DNA of 64,000 nucleotides. Source: Octopus vulgaris (lineage: Eukaryota). Under the pieces are notes generated by a model that had not been told where the DNA came from, searched no databases, and was given only the letters and a program-made list of their open reading frames with translations. Below are positions 1-12,855 of this stretch, piece after piece. Made by a program: the position numbers and the translations under genes. The first letter of the stretch is position 1; each line of letters begins with the position of its first letter. The DNA is taken from positions 17,980,001-18,044,000 of the forward strand of contig OX597824.1 of assembly GCA_951406725.2 (NCBI GenBank), read 5' to 3'.

Positions 1-1194
1 ACACAAAGAGAAAAACACCCACACGCATACACACACGCGCGCACAGAGACACATAGACTCACACGCACACACTTGAGTGCGCAACTAATTTATGCGCATT
101 TTTATTAATACATGTCATTAAATGCCCAGTGGAATGTATTTATTTTTACACACACGATGACACACACGTACACATTTACTCCCACACCACCCACACACAC
201 AAACTCACACGAACGCACACACTATCGGTATACACATCAAGGTGCGAAGTTCGTAAGAGCAAACTGTAGACATCTCGAAAATTCCATTCTCCGTACTGAA
301 TTTGTCTTATAAGTTAATCATATTATTGCAGTAATACTTTCAGCATTGCCAGGGCTCATTCTATAGAATACATTTAAATTTCATTTTGGTTTATGGTAAA
401 CCTTGCTGAATGTCTGTTTCCATAACAAAGAAATATCACTTTTGCAGAGCAAGTCTCAAAGTCAAGATTGCGTCAAATCATGTTAGGTTACGATAGAATA
501 ACAATTTCCATATATCACACGACCGATGTTGAATGCATTAAGATTTTTGTAAAACATTTTTGTGGGACTTTTTCTCGTCTTCTTCAAAATAATTTTTATC
601 AGTTCTTTGAACAACAGATTAATAACAATACAGATTTGATTAAATATTACTACTACAAATAATAATAATAATAATCATATTAAATTTTGACACAAGGCGA
701 TTTCCGCACATGATATTTATTCTACGCTGGAGATAACTCCAGCTATCCCAGATTCATGACTACCATTACGCGTGATTTTGATCTTATTGTATCTCTTCGG
801 TGGTGGGCACTGGTTTGTCAGGCATGGCAGTAGACTAACCTCGCTTGCAATACATAGGAAATACAGTGTCATAGAATCAGGATCTTGTAACTTGGAAACT
901 AGTCTGTTAGAAACTACATTCGTTACAAATTCGCACACACACACACACGCACACACACACACACACACACTCACTCACACACACATACACACTGGAGCAC
1001 AATGAATGGGAAAGAAAACCAGATGCAAAGAGAAAAGAAATTAAATAAAATTAAAGTGTTTGCTTTGACTGCTATTCGAAGATGATGTAATGGTTTTGAA
1101 AAGAGATGATTATATAATACTTGTGTTTTCTTTCTAAGTGTACGTTCACAAGAACCTCTGTGTGTGTGTGCATGTGTATGTGTGTATGTGACTA

Positions 1195-1232
<38 letters not shown>

Positions 1233-1529
1233 CATGTGTATGTGTGTGGGAATGAGATTGCTTCTTTTTCTGTGTGTCCACGCATGTTGAGAACATGCTA
1301 AACTTAGACAAAGCTTTGAATTACCATTGAGATCGTATATGAAATATCATTCTTTAAACGTGACAGTTTGTTGTGTAAAAATATTAAACAAAAACCCGGC
1401 AGAAGACAATTCACGAAGACACAACATGGCGAAGGGAAACGGAGAAATGGCAGAAAAAGAATAAAATTTGGAAATAATCGTAGTAATAAACGTTTTAAGA
1501 ATAGTAACAACAGTAATAACAGTAATGAA

Positions 1530-1586
1530 AAAAAGCAGTAGCAACAAGGATAATGATGGTAGTAGTAGTATTAATAGTAGTAGTAT

Positions 1587-1636
<50 letters not shown>

Positions 1637-1669
1637 ATGGTAGTGGTGGTTGTGGTGGTGGTGGTGGTG

Positions 1670-1705
<36 letters not shown>

Positions 1706-1720
1706 GGGGTAGTAGTAGTA
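1530..1720. repeat. (AGT)n/(GGT)n compound trinucleotide microsatellite
   Basis: Directly visible tandem AGT and GGT runs; explains the poly-S/V/Y ORFs. Confidence 0.95.
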
Positions 1721-1783
1721 TATATATATATGTTGAGGTAAACCTATGAAAATACAGGGATTCTCGGGAGAGAAATGCATATG

Positions 1784-1822
<39 letters not shown>

Positions 1823-2589
1823 GTATATATGTATGTATATCTGTATGTATGTATATATATATATATATGTATGTATGTGTGTATGCATGGTTATATTTAT
1901 ATATACATATTTATATACACTTATATGTATATGTGCACATATATTTATATAGACTTACATGTATGTATATATTTATATACACATATATGTATATATGTAT
2001 ATCTATATGTATATATATATAATTATATACACTTATATATATAGGTATGTACACATATATATATATATATATATATGTGTGTATAAATACACATTTATAT
2101 ATATGTGTGTTTGTGTGTGTGTGTATAAATACACATTTATATATCGTTGCGTTAGTTGGGGTGTGAGCGTATATATAAACTTTATTTTGAAAACAAATTT
2201 TTGAAATTTTTCCCACTGTAACCCTAGCAACAAATCATCACAATTGGATTGCCCTTCTTCATATGAATGCAATCCGTCACAGTCACAAAGATACGACGTC
2301 CACAGAACGAATGGAAACAAATATCAATACTTTTTTTCACTAAACACGTCCGAGTACTCATTTGTCACATAGACGAACGAATGTGCTTATCATAATAAAT
2401 ATGTATGTATGAGTGCTTTTAAATAGACGGAACGAGTGAGACATTGAGAGGAATTCAGAGGAATATTTCACAGTTTCTTGACACTCAAGCACAATAATTC
2501 AATGTGTACGATACATGCGGGCAAAAAAAATTATATAAACTTATGATAAAATATTTTAGTTCGCGCTTATATAAGTGAAAACGTCTTTG

Positions 2590-2663
<74 letters not shown>

Positions 2664-3052
2664 ATATATATATATATATAAATCGATTCATAGTCGCGGA
2701 AGCACAATAATATACACACATATAAATACACTCAGACGTATATCACAAAAGCATGCATGGATGTAAGCATTTATGTGTATGTATATAAGCATATATGTGT
2801 ATGTATGTAAGCATATATAAGTGTATATATATATATATATATATATATGTAAATGTATACATATATGTATATGTAAATGCATGTATACATATATGTATAT
2901 ATATGTATGTAAGTGTATGCATATATATTTATATATGTAAGTGTATGTGTGTATATATATATATATATATTTATATGTGCATACCTGCACATAGATATGT
3001 GTCTATCTACAATTCGAGGAAATACGTATGAATACTTATATTTCTACATATG

Positions 3053-3093
<41 letters not shown>

Positions 3094-3160
3094 GCAATCA
3101 TACACATCTACACTCAGCCACACACACACACACAGATATGTATACATTTTTAAGAACATT

Positions 3161-3193
<33 letters not shown>

Positions 3194-3582
3194 GTATTTG
3201 CCCTCACAAAACTGAAGTTATATGTGTGTGTGTGTCTGTATATGCTATTTGCCCATTGCATTATATATATCTATTTGCCGAACTATCTATCCCTGTTTCT
3301 ATCTCTCTCTCTCCTTGTCTCTCTCCTTATCAGTCCCACTCTGTATGTGTGCGTGTGCGCGTGAGTGTGTGAGTGTTTGTGAATACACAAGTGCAAGCAT
3401 GTTTGCTGTGTGGCTGTGCTAGTAAGCCAACTCATCTGATGATTTTTACGTCCATGCTGACCTTTTACTATAGCACTTCGGGTTGATTGATTGTTTTGCT
3501 GACCCGTTTAGGTCAGTGAAGAATCTCAGAGAAATGACACGCGATTTTTTTTTTCTGGATTTATTTGTCATCATTATTATTA

Positions 3583-3624
<42 letters not shown>

Positions 3625-3719
3625 GTGTTCAGTATTCTTGTTTTTGTACTTCTTTATTGTACTGTACCCATTTTGTGATTTCATATTTTATAATAGCATA
3701 AATTTCACGTATATATTCA

Positions 3720-3809
<90 letters not shown>

Positions 3810-3875
3810 TACACGGATAGATAGACTGATAGATAGATAGACATACAGATAGATAAACCGATAGATAGATAAATA

Positions 3876-3917
<42 letters not shown>

Positions 3918-3944
3918 TACTACTACTAATATATATAGATATAT

Positions 3945-4128
<184 letters not shown>

Positions 4129-4455
4129 TGCAGTGTGTGCAGACGTGTTGCCTCGCTTTCTGATGACTTTCTCATAAATACGTCCTCATATCGCTTGTGT
4201 TTTACTTAACTTTGGCGAATCAATTATATTTCTTAACTTGAACACTTACTCCAATATTCCAGCCAATCATGCGTCGCGTTACATTGCTATTATTCCACTG
4301 TTAATATGGTCAAGACACACTACCCTATAAATTATTTCCTGCTATAAAAAACAATGAGAATCTCTTTAATATTGATTTCTGTGCAGCCCACATGAAATCT
4401 TAGTATTTTGTCCATGGACACAATTGACTGCCGGCAGCAGGATATTAGGAACACT

Positions 4456-4456
4456 T

Positions 4457-4507
<51 letters not shown>

Positions 4508-5052
4508 AAACTAGGTTTACACATATTGTCATTAGTACTAGCAATGGCGACAACGACGACGAAGAACAAGAAGGAGGAGGAGGAGACGAAGAAGAAGAAA
4601 AAGAAGGAGGAGGAGGAGGAGGAGAAGGAGGAGGAGGAGGAGGAGGGGAGAGGAAGAAGGGAAAAGAAGAAGAAGGAAAAGGAGAAGAAGAAGAAGGAGG
4701 AGGAGGAGAAGAAGAAGGAGGAAGAGGAGAAGAAGAAGGAGGAAGAGGAGGAGGAGGGGAGAAGAAGAAGAAGAAGAAAGAGAAGAAGAAGGAAAAGGAG
4801 AAGAAGGAGGAGGAGAAGCAGAAGAAGTAGAAGGAGAAGAAGAAGAAGAGCGAGAAGAAGAAGAAGAAGAAGAAGAAGACGCCGACGACGACGACATTAT
4901 AAGGAAAGGGATGATCACGGCGACTATAATGAAAACGTGGATGAAGATGATGACGTCAATGATGATGACGATGGTGATGATGACGATGATGACGATGATG
5001 ACGATGATGAGGATGGTGATGATGAGGATGATGCCAAAGATAACAATAATAA
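4456..5052. repeat. Compound (AGT)n-(GAA/GGA)n-(GAT/GAC)n low-complexity tract
   Basis: Directly visible; gives overlapping E/K/R/D homopolymer ORFs on both strands. Confidence 0.9.
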
Positions 5053-5065
5053 TGAAATTAGTCAC

Positions 5066-5105
5066 GACAAATGACGAATCAAGCCAACTTGATTCGTCAT
5101 TTGTC
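5066..5105. repeat. Perfect 18-bp inverted repeat with 4-nt loop
   Basis: gacaaatgacgaatcaag-ccaa-cttgattcgtcatttgtc. Confidence 0.95.
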
Positions 5106-5876
5106 AAATAAACTTCTCTCAGCCCCGTTTCAATTCTTTCTCCCCCTTTTTTTTTTACGTTTTTGCTCTACCAGTCTTCCTCATCAATAATCCCTTTATT
5201 ATACTAATTGAACTATCCTTTATACGAATTCAACTGACCATACTCGAATTCTTGACCTCTTGGTACCAAGCTTGACTCTGCCATCTTCTCTCCGAAATAA
5301 TTCAATTATTCATGCTGACTTTAATGAGCCGAAATTTCCTCGGTTTTTCCTCGTTGATCATTATGGAAATCTCGGCTGAAGAAAACAATCCCTTCCACTC
5401 CTTCAATAACCTCCATCATTTAATCACAACTGGGCACATTTTTTTAGATTGACACGCTCTACTTATAAATTGACTCCTTAAATGCCACAGCAATCTCCTT
5501 CCCTTTTTTTCACTCTATAAAACATAGGATGTCCGGTCGTTCGTCGCCTGTAATATTTCATTCTAGAACTAGTTGTCCGGGGACTTTTTTCTATTACTTT
5601 ATAAAATGGTACAAATCTAAAGACAGAGGATGTTGTTTAGAAAATATGTGACTGTCACGCAGCAGGCTTCTTCAGCCATTTTCGCATTTGTTTAGTATCG
5701 GAAGTTCACGGATCACACCATAATTTCTACAGAATTTAATATGGAGTACAATTTTCTGTTGAATGCGTCCATAAGCCATAACAGCGTTTGTACCAGCAAA
5801 GATTTACCATTAAAACAATACTGCATTTTGTATGCAACGACTAGTTGTTGTATATATTATTTACAAATATTTTACA

Positions 5877-5995
5877 GGCGCAGGCGTGGCTGTGTGGTAA
5901 GTAGCTTGCTTACCAACCACATGGTTCCGGGTTCAGTCCCACTGCGTGGCATCTTGCGCAAGTGTCTTCTGCTATAGCCCCGGGCCGACCAAGCC
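5877..5995 (+). mobile_element. tRNA-derived SINE family S1, head-only copy
   Basis: ggcgcaggcgtggctgtgtggtaag (A-box-like) ... gggttcagtccc (B-box-like) ... gcaagtgtcttctgctatagc; matches 16401-16510. Confidence 0.85.
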
Positions 5996-6481
5996 TGCCG
6001 TAAATATGTGTGTGTGTGTGTGTGTATGTATATATATATTCGTAATGCATCTTACGGTTGTGCCTGTCACAATACTACATTGGGAGTGGTAACTACTAGT
6101 GTACTGTAGCTGACTGCTTATTGTGATCATTCGTCTTTTGGTTACCTGTAGATTTCTTCTCTTTTACAAACCCGGTAAACATATATTTCCTATTTCAAAG
6201 AGTTACTGAGCATATTAAACCGCAACGCATGTCCATTGCAGAGTAAATCCAACAGCAATGGACGGTATTTATTTTCAGATGACTAGATAGAGTTAGTGTG
6301 AAGTAAAGTGTCTTCATTGTATAAATGAAGGTATGGAGAAAATTTCAAATCATATTTCAGCATTTAATATCTACATCGCAAAATGTCAACCATTTGTTTC
6401 TTGTACTAAAACACTTTCAACATATCAAACTTGAATCCCTGAAAAAGGCCTGCTTTGTCTGTCATTAAACGAATTGTTCTA

Positions 6482-7041
6482 TTGAGTTGTCCGGAAAGTT
6501 TGTGCCGATTTTTAAAGGAAAGAAAAAGATCAATAAATACTTGTCATTACATTTTTAATCAACCAAATATGAACCATTTTGTTGCACAGTGCGTCTGTAT
6601 CTTTCCTTTAACTTGAAAATATCCTCTTCTCAGAATTGAGGTGGTTTCATGGCAAAGAATTCATCAAGGTGTCTTTTTATGTCATCCAAGGAATTGAAAT
6701 TTTCACCATTAAGACTATTCTGCAGAGACATGAATGAGTGGAAATCCGAGGAAGCAATATCTGGTGAATATGGAGGGTGGGGTAACACATCCCAGCCGAG
6801 CTGCAGCAATTTTTGTCTAGTTCCCAAATCATCAAGTGCCGAAAATGAACTTTCTTATTTTCCATTTTAAAGGGTTACAAAATTAACATAGGTTATAGGA
6901 ACATAAACCTTCTTCCACGAAAAGATCGCTAAATCTGTGCTCTAGGTGTAGTGAAATCCTATTTTATCGACTCAACCATGTTCTAAAATATGTCGAAAAG
7001 TAAGCTACTATAAATCGGCACGAACTTTCCGGACAACCGAA
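6482..7041 (-). mobile_element. Internally deleted mariner transposon, copy 1 (keeps transposase C-terminus)
   Basis: About 30-bp TIRs ttgagttgtccggaaagtttgtgccgattt / aaatcggcacgaactttccggacaaccgaa flanked by TA on both sides. The start MENKKVHFRHLM is joined out of frame to ...RQKLLQLGWDVLPHPPYSPDIASSDF..., the mariner YSPDLAPSD motif region. Confidence 0.95.
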
Positions 7042-7554
7042 TATTTTGTAGCCAAACAACAGTATTTTTCAGTGAGATACGAAACAATTTAATGGCGTTC
7101 TTTTATTACCTGCGCTGTGAGTTTTCTTTGACTGTTCGCTTCTCTTTCTATAGCACAGAAAACATTACGTAACTAACAGTGTATATATTAAACGCTACTA
7201 CGTATCCTCTTTTCTAATTTCAATTTCTCAATAGACTTGTTAGAGTGAATTAACTTGTCAATCTGGTTGGATTTATTGCTTAGATATATTGAGCTCTTTA
7301 ATCTTAGCAATCAGCTTAACCGGACAGCATTTTCTAGATTGCAACAAAATCGACGACAGAAACTTCGCTCTCCCCACCTCCTCTCTCTCTCTCTCTCTCT
7401 CTTGCTCTCTCCTCCACACAGACTCATAAATACACACATTTTCTCTAACCTTTTTCTCTTCTTGTCTCAGAGTCGAAGAATCGAGAGAATAAAGCATTAA
7501 ATTCTTTGCTCTTTCCAGTAATTCGACTCCGATAAACACTCTGAAGGGCCACCT

Positions 7555-7631
7555 CTGATGAGAGCCACAGGCAATCACAGACAATCACCAGTTTACTCGA
7601 AATGCTTTAACCACTTGGCCATTGAGTCTCC
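7555..7631. other. Hammerhead-like core on + strand adjoining a tRNA/SINE-like A-box head on - strand
   Basis: CTGATGA-GAG...CTC-GAAA at 7555-7602; the minus strand reads ggagactcaatggccaagtggttaaagc from 7631. Confidence 0.4.
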
Positions 7632-7724
7632 ACTTCTATTGTATACATACAAACACAAATATATGCATACATAGTTGCATATAAACATGCATACATACGA
7701 ATATTTGCTGTATGCATACATACA

Positions 7725-7832
7725 TACAAAAATATCCTGTAATTGTTGTTGAAATTCCAATGAAGGAAAATTGGATCTAGGTTAAGAACCGGCTTTTTTT
7801 TCTATTGGCAAGAAATCTTGAAATAAAACTGG
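7725..7832 (+). mobile_element. 3' UTR fragment of the RLE-type LINE seen at 24855-25213
   Basis: Reverse-complement similarity to 24855-24960 (gttgaaat.cca.tgaagga...aagaaatcttgaaataaaac). Confidence 0.6.
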
Positions 7833-7914
7833 AGAATGACATAAGGTCGAACAAAACTGTAAGAAACTCAAAAGAGGCAGGAATATCGATCTCCACCGTT
7901 CATCAAAATTCTTT

Positions 7915-8485
7915 AGTCGAACAAATCGACCCCAGGACTTATTGTTTGTAAGCCTAGTACTTATTCTATCGGTCTATTTTGCCGAGCCGCTAAGTTAAGG
8001 GGAGGTAAACACACCAAAATCGGTTGTAAAGTGATGGTGGGGGGACAAACACAAACGCACACACACAAGCATATATATATATATATAAAGAGAGAGAGTG
8101 AGTGTTGGAATTTACAAAAAACAAAAGACGAAGACAGGTGTGTAAACAACACAGGTATATTAGTTTAACGCTCGGAAAGGTCAGAAAGTCCTTTACAGTT
8201 CGAGCCTACGCTCTTCGATAGAAAGGAACAAGATGAAATAAACAGAGAGAGAATATAAAAAAAAAGAGAATAAAAAAGAATGCCTTAGTAGCTGGAGGTC
8301 AACCATGGTGATATATATACAACGGGCTTCTTTCAGTTTCCGTCTACCAAATGCATTCACAAGGCATTTGTCGGTCCGGGACTATTGTAGAAAACAGTTG
8401 CTCAAGGTGCCACGCAGTGGGAATGAACCCGGAACCAGGCGGTTGGTAAGCAAGCTTCTTACCACACAGCCACTCCTACGCCTAT
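7915..8485 (-). mobile_element. SINE S1 interrupted by hammerhead-repeat family H2
   Basis: Tail 7915-8060 and head 8320-8485 match S1; an H2 copy sits in the internal microsatellite. Confidence 0.85.
8104..8310 (-). mobile_element. Hammerhead-motif repeat family H2 (Penelope pLTR/retrozyme-like), degenerate copy
   Basis: Matches 15515-15690 and 59751-59930; the family core reads ctgttga-a-gagc-gtag-gctc-gaaa. Confidence 0.65.
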
Positions 8486-9319
8486 AAAGAAATAGGAATC
8501 CTATGCGCTGATTTGTATATGTCGGCATGGGAACATTTCAAAATGGTAGGCTATTCTACTTTGGGATTTCATCTAGGATGCTTGAAGTTTGCAGACATTC
8601 GACAACAATCCAAGCTGAAATATTTCCTGGCCTAAAGATGAGCCAACGCGTTTACAACGAAGTTTAGGAAAGTATACTCACCTTGGGTAACTATTACAAA
8701 TCATTAATCTTAATATATATTTTTGGAGTTTGAAGGATTCAATTTGTGTTCTTCGAGGCGACAGAGAGCTAGGTATGTGTCTTTTAGGACAGTGACATTT
8801 TCCTGCTAAAAAGAGACACACTTGGATGTCACGTTCTGCGAAGAAATAATTGATCAATCGACGTGGAATGGCGAACTCGAAGTGTAAAATTGTAAATTAT
8901 TGATATTATGTAAATGTTGATAAAGGCTTAATATCTTTTCTAAGATAGATGTCATTATTCTTAATTTATTTATATATTTCTATGCAAAAATATTTTTACA
9001 ACATTTGGGGTTTTTTTCCGTTTTAAGTTCGAAACCATGCAGTTATTTTAATTTGATTTTTCTCACATTGTTTTAAAAATAAAAAAAAACAAAACATGCC
9101 AAGTTATATTGATTTCAGATTATGGTACAAGGAAAGCAATTTTGTGTGAATGGGTAAATCATTTGCATCGACCCCAGTGTGTTACTGGTACTCACTTTAT
9201 CAGTCTCGAAATGATGAAAGGCAAAATTGGCTTCGGCGGAATTTGAACTCAGAACGTAAAGACCAGCATGCTAACGATTCTACCAACTCATCGCCAAGCA
9301 ATATAATTTGTTAAACCAA

Positions 9320-9903
9320 GGCGGCGAGCTGGCAGAATCGTTAGCACGCCGGGCGAAATGCGTAGCCGTATTTCGTCTGCCGTTACGTTCTGAGTTCAAA
9401 TTCCGCCGAGGTCGACTTTGCGTTTCATCCTTTCGGGGTCGATTAAATAAGTACCGGTTACTCACTGGGGTCAATATAATCAACTTAATCCGTTTGTCTG
9501 TCCTTCTTTGTCCTCTCTGTGTTTAGCCCCTTGTGCGTATTAAAAAAAAAAGGTATTTCGTCGTGCAATTATGTTCTGAGTTCAAATTCCGCCGAGGTCG
9601 ACTTTGCCTTTCATCCTTTCGGGGTCGATTAAATAAGTATTATTTACGCACTAGGGTCGATATAATCGACTTAATCCGTTTGTCAGTCCTTGGTTGTCCC
9701 CTCTGTGTTTAGCCCCTTGTGGGTAGTAAAGAAATAGGTATTTCGTCTGCCGTTACGTTCTGAGCGCAAATTCTGCTGAGGTCGACTTTTGCTTTCATCC
9801 TTTCGCGGGGTCGATGAATTAAATACCAGTTTCGTACTGAGGTCGATCTAATCGGCTGGCCCCCTCCTCAAAAATTTCGGGCCTTGTGCCTAGAATAGAA
9901 AAG
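9320..9903 (+). mobile_element. SINE family S2 (Meta-domain-like core), trimeric insertion with 17-bp TSD
   Basis: Head ggcggcgagctggcagaatcgttagc; three body units starting at 9368, 9553 and 9738, each with a gcctttcatcctttcggggtcga-type core. TSD aatataatttgttaaac at 9300-9316 and 9904-9920. Confidence 0.9.
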
Positions 9904-10922
9904 AATATAATTTGTTAAACTGGAATCGCTTGGGCGTCGGAGAAAATTCATTGCGGGTTTGTCTTTTACTTCTTTGTGTTCCAAGTTCAAAATACACCGA
10001 TGCCAACACCGATGTTCTCCATCTCTCCGGAGCTTATAAAATTAAATAGCTATAAGGTAATGGGTTTGAATGACATTGACTAACTTAAAATGGTGGCTTG
10101 TAAAGTACATTACAAAATATTATTCAAGGTGATTGCCTAGCAAAATCGCTAGAGCATCGTAAAAATACTGTGTTATTATTTCCGTTTTTTTTTTTCTCCT
10201 CTATTCAACTCTCGCCGAAGGCAGTACTACCTTTTATTCTTTCAGCAACGAAATTAGTCAGGTGCCACTAAAATTTTGGAATTGATGGTATCAAGAAAAA
10301 CACTTCCCAAAAAGCTGCTGGCCTTGTACCAAAAATAAAGAACAATTATTGTTATTATCATCACGAGGTGGCGAGCTTGCAGTACGCGTTGGGGGAGTGT
10401 TTAATCCGTCTTTACGCTGAGTTCAAATACTACTGATGGGTCGATACATTAAGAACCAGTTGATACAGGGATCGATGTAATCGATTAAACACCTACTCCA
10501 AAATTTCGAGCCTTGTATCTATAGTAGAAAGGATTATCAGAGTCGTCATTTCCGTTATTTCTCGTTAGAGCTTCTGACAAAATGCGGATTTTTATGCTTT
10601 GAGCTTAAATCCCTTTCAAGTCAATTTTGCGTGTCGACCCTCTCGAGTCGATGAAGTAATGTACTGGTCAAGTATTGATTGAAGTTTAATGGACGAGAAC
10701 ACTTCTTTCATATTTTCTGGCCGTGTACTTTTAACAGAAACAGTTAGAATTTCTTTAAATTTTCTGAAACCTTATACCAACGGATACTTACATTGCGTGT
10801 CCTATTAGAAGCTCTGCTTGTAGGGCTTTGTAGTTGCACGTTATTTAGAACACGCCAATTATGAAATAGAAGTTCAACCAAACACCAGACGGTATCGTAT
10901 GTGTTCCCACTTTTCGAACGAT

Positions 10923-11698
10923 CTGGCAGAAACGTTAGCACGCCGGTTGAAATGCGTAGCCGTATTTCGTCTGTTGTTACGTTCTGAGTTCAAATTCCGC
11001 CGAGGTCCACTTTGTCTTTCATGCATTCGGGGTCGATAAATTAAGTACCAGTTACTCACTGGGGTCGATGTAATCGACTTAATCCCTTCGTCTGTCCTTG
11101 TTTGTCCCCTCTGTGTTTAGCCTCTTGTGGGTAGTAAAGAAATAGGTATTTCGTCTGTCTTTATGTTCTGAGTTCAAATTCCGCCGAGGTCCACTTTGTC
11201 TTTCATCCATTCGGGGTTGATAAATTAAGTATCAGTTACGCACAGGGGTCGATGTAATCGACTTAATCCCTTCCTCTGTCCTTCTTTGTCCCCTCTGTGT
11301 TTAGCCCCTTGTGGGTAGTAAAGAAATAGGTATTTCGTCTGTCGCTACGTTCTGAGTTCAAATTCCGCCGAGTTCCACTTTGTCTTTCGTCCATTCGGGG
11401 TCGATTAAATAAGTACCAGCCACGCACTGGGGTCGATGTAATCGACTTAATCCCTTCGTCTGTCCTTGTTTGTCCCCTCTGTGTTTAGCCTCTTGTGGAT
11501 AGTAAAGAAATAGGTATTTCGTCTGTCTTTATGTTCTGAGTTCAAATTCCGCCGAGGTCGACTTTGCCTTTCATTCTTTCGGGGTCGATTAAATAAGTAC
11601 CAGCCACGCACTGGGGTCGATGTAATCGACTTAATCCATTTGTCTGTCCTTGTTTGACCTCTCCGTGTTTAGCCCCTTGTGGGCAGTAAAGAAATAGA
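10923..11698 (+). mobile_element. SINE S2 tetrameric array (184-bp period)
   Basis: One head, then units starting gtatttcgtctg at 10962, 11146, 11330 and 11514. Confidence 0.92.
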
Positions 11699-12103
11699 TA
11701 TATATTATAACCATTCCGAAATGAAAATCGAAATATACTTTGGCGGCATTTGAACACAGAACACAGATGACATAACAATTCAAGCCATTACTGTCTTCTT
11801 TTCCACTGTAAATCTGTTAAAAGTAAATTCCTTTTATGGCCCAGGTTTTTCAGAAAAATAAAGAATTACTCATATATACTGCAATGTTGTTTTAGCGCCT
11901 CCCTGCACCGGTGCCACTGAAATTTGGTTAAATGATATTTATCAGTATTTGGCGTTATCTATTCAATCAAGAGAATCTAACTTTGTTAGTTTATGTAGCA
12001 TTTCCTGTATTTCCTTTTACATATATCATAAATAATTTCATCTGAAATATTGTTTACGTTGTGATCTAACTGAGATTTATGTCGATAAATATCAGTTATC
12101 TAG

Positions 12104-12303
12104 AATTCAACAAATATACAGATGTGGGCGTCTTCTCTAGCTTTACAAGAAGGAATGTTGCATAACATTTCTTCGATATATCAGGAAACAAAGAAACGCG
12201 AACATGGAACTACACATGGTGTAAAATTTGTATGTTCAAATGCCCCAGTAGCTAATTCGCTTGCACGAGATTTAAGAGATAACCAGCTCTATCCTCTTGC
12301 AGG
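12104..12303 (+). other. Weak candidate coding exon
   Basis: Non-repetitive open frame NSTNIQMWASSLALQEGMLHN...DNQLYPLA ending at gg|gtaaat; ctaac upstream, but no good polypyrimidine tract and no recognisable homology. Confidence 0.2.
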
Positions 12304-12349
12304 GTAAATTGCGAAAGTGACTTCAATGGTAGATATGAGCTTAATAAGA

Positions 12350-12766
12350 GGGGCGGGGAGCTGGCAGAACCATTAGCACGCCGGGCGAAATGCGTAGCCG
12401 TATTTCGTTTGCCGTCACGTTCTGAGTTCAAATTCCACCGATGTTAGCAAGCCGGGCGAAATGCTTAGTGGTATTTCGTCTGCCGCTGCGCTCTGAGTTC
12501 AAATTCCGCCGCGGTCGACTTTCAACCTTTCATCCTTTCGGGGTCGATTAAATAAGTACCAGTTACGCACTGGGGTCGATATAATCGACTTAATCCGTTT
12601 GTCTGTCCTTGTTTGTCCGTTCTGTGTTTAGCCCCTTGTGGGTAGTAAAGAAATAGACTAAGTAAGTACCAGTTACGCGCTGGGGTCGATATAATCGACC
12701 TAATCCGTTTGTTTGTCCGTGTTTGTCCCTTCTGTGTTTAGCCCCCTGTGGGTAGTAAAGAAACAT
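12350..12766 (+). mobile_element. SINE S2 with partial internal duplications and 17-bp TSD
   Basis: Duplicated head segment and duplicated tail; TSD gtagatatgagc(t/c)taat at 12329-12345 and 12767-12783. Confidence 0.88.
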
Positions 12767-12855
12767 GTAGATATGAGCCTAATGAAATCACAAGAATAAA
12801 ATTATAAACTGCATGAAAACCGAACTAGTAGATTTATTATTACTTACATATTTCT

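Noticed and set aside
4408-5107. Highly charged E/K/R/D ORFs
   Set aside because: Trinucleotide repeats lacking stops by composition.
9308-9526. Recurrent peptide GELAESLARRAKC...SEFKFRRGRLC in several ORFs
   Set aside because: Translation of SINE S2 copies, not a gene family.
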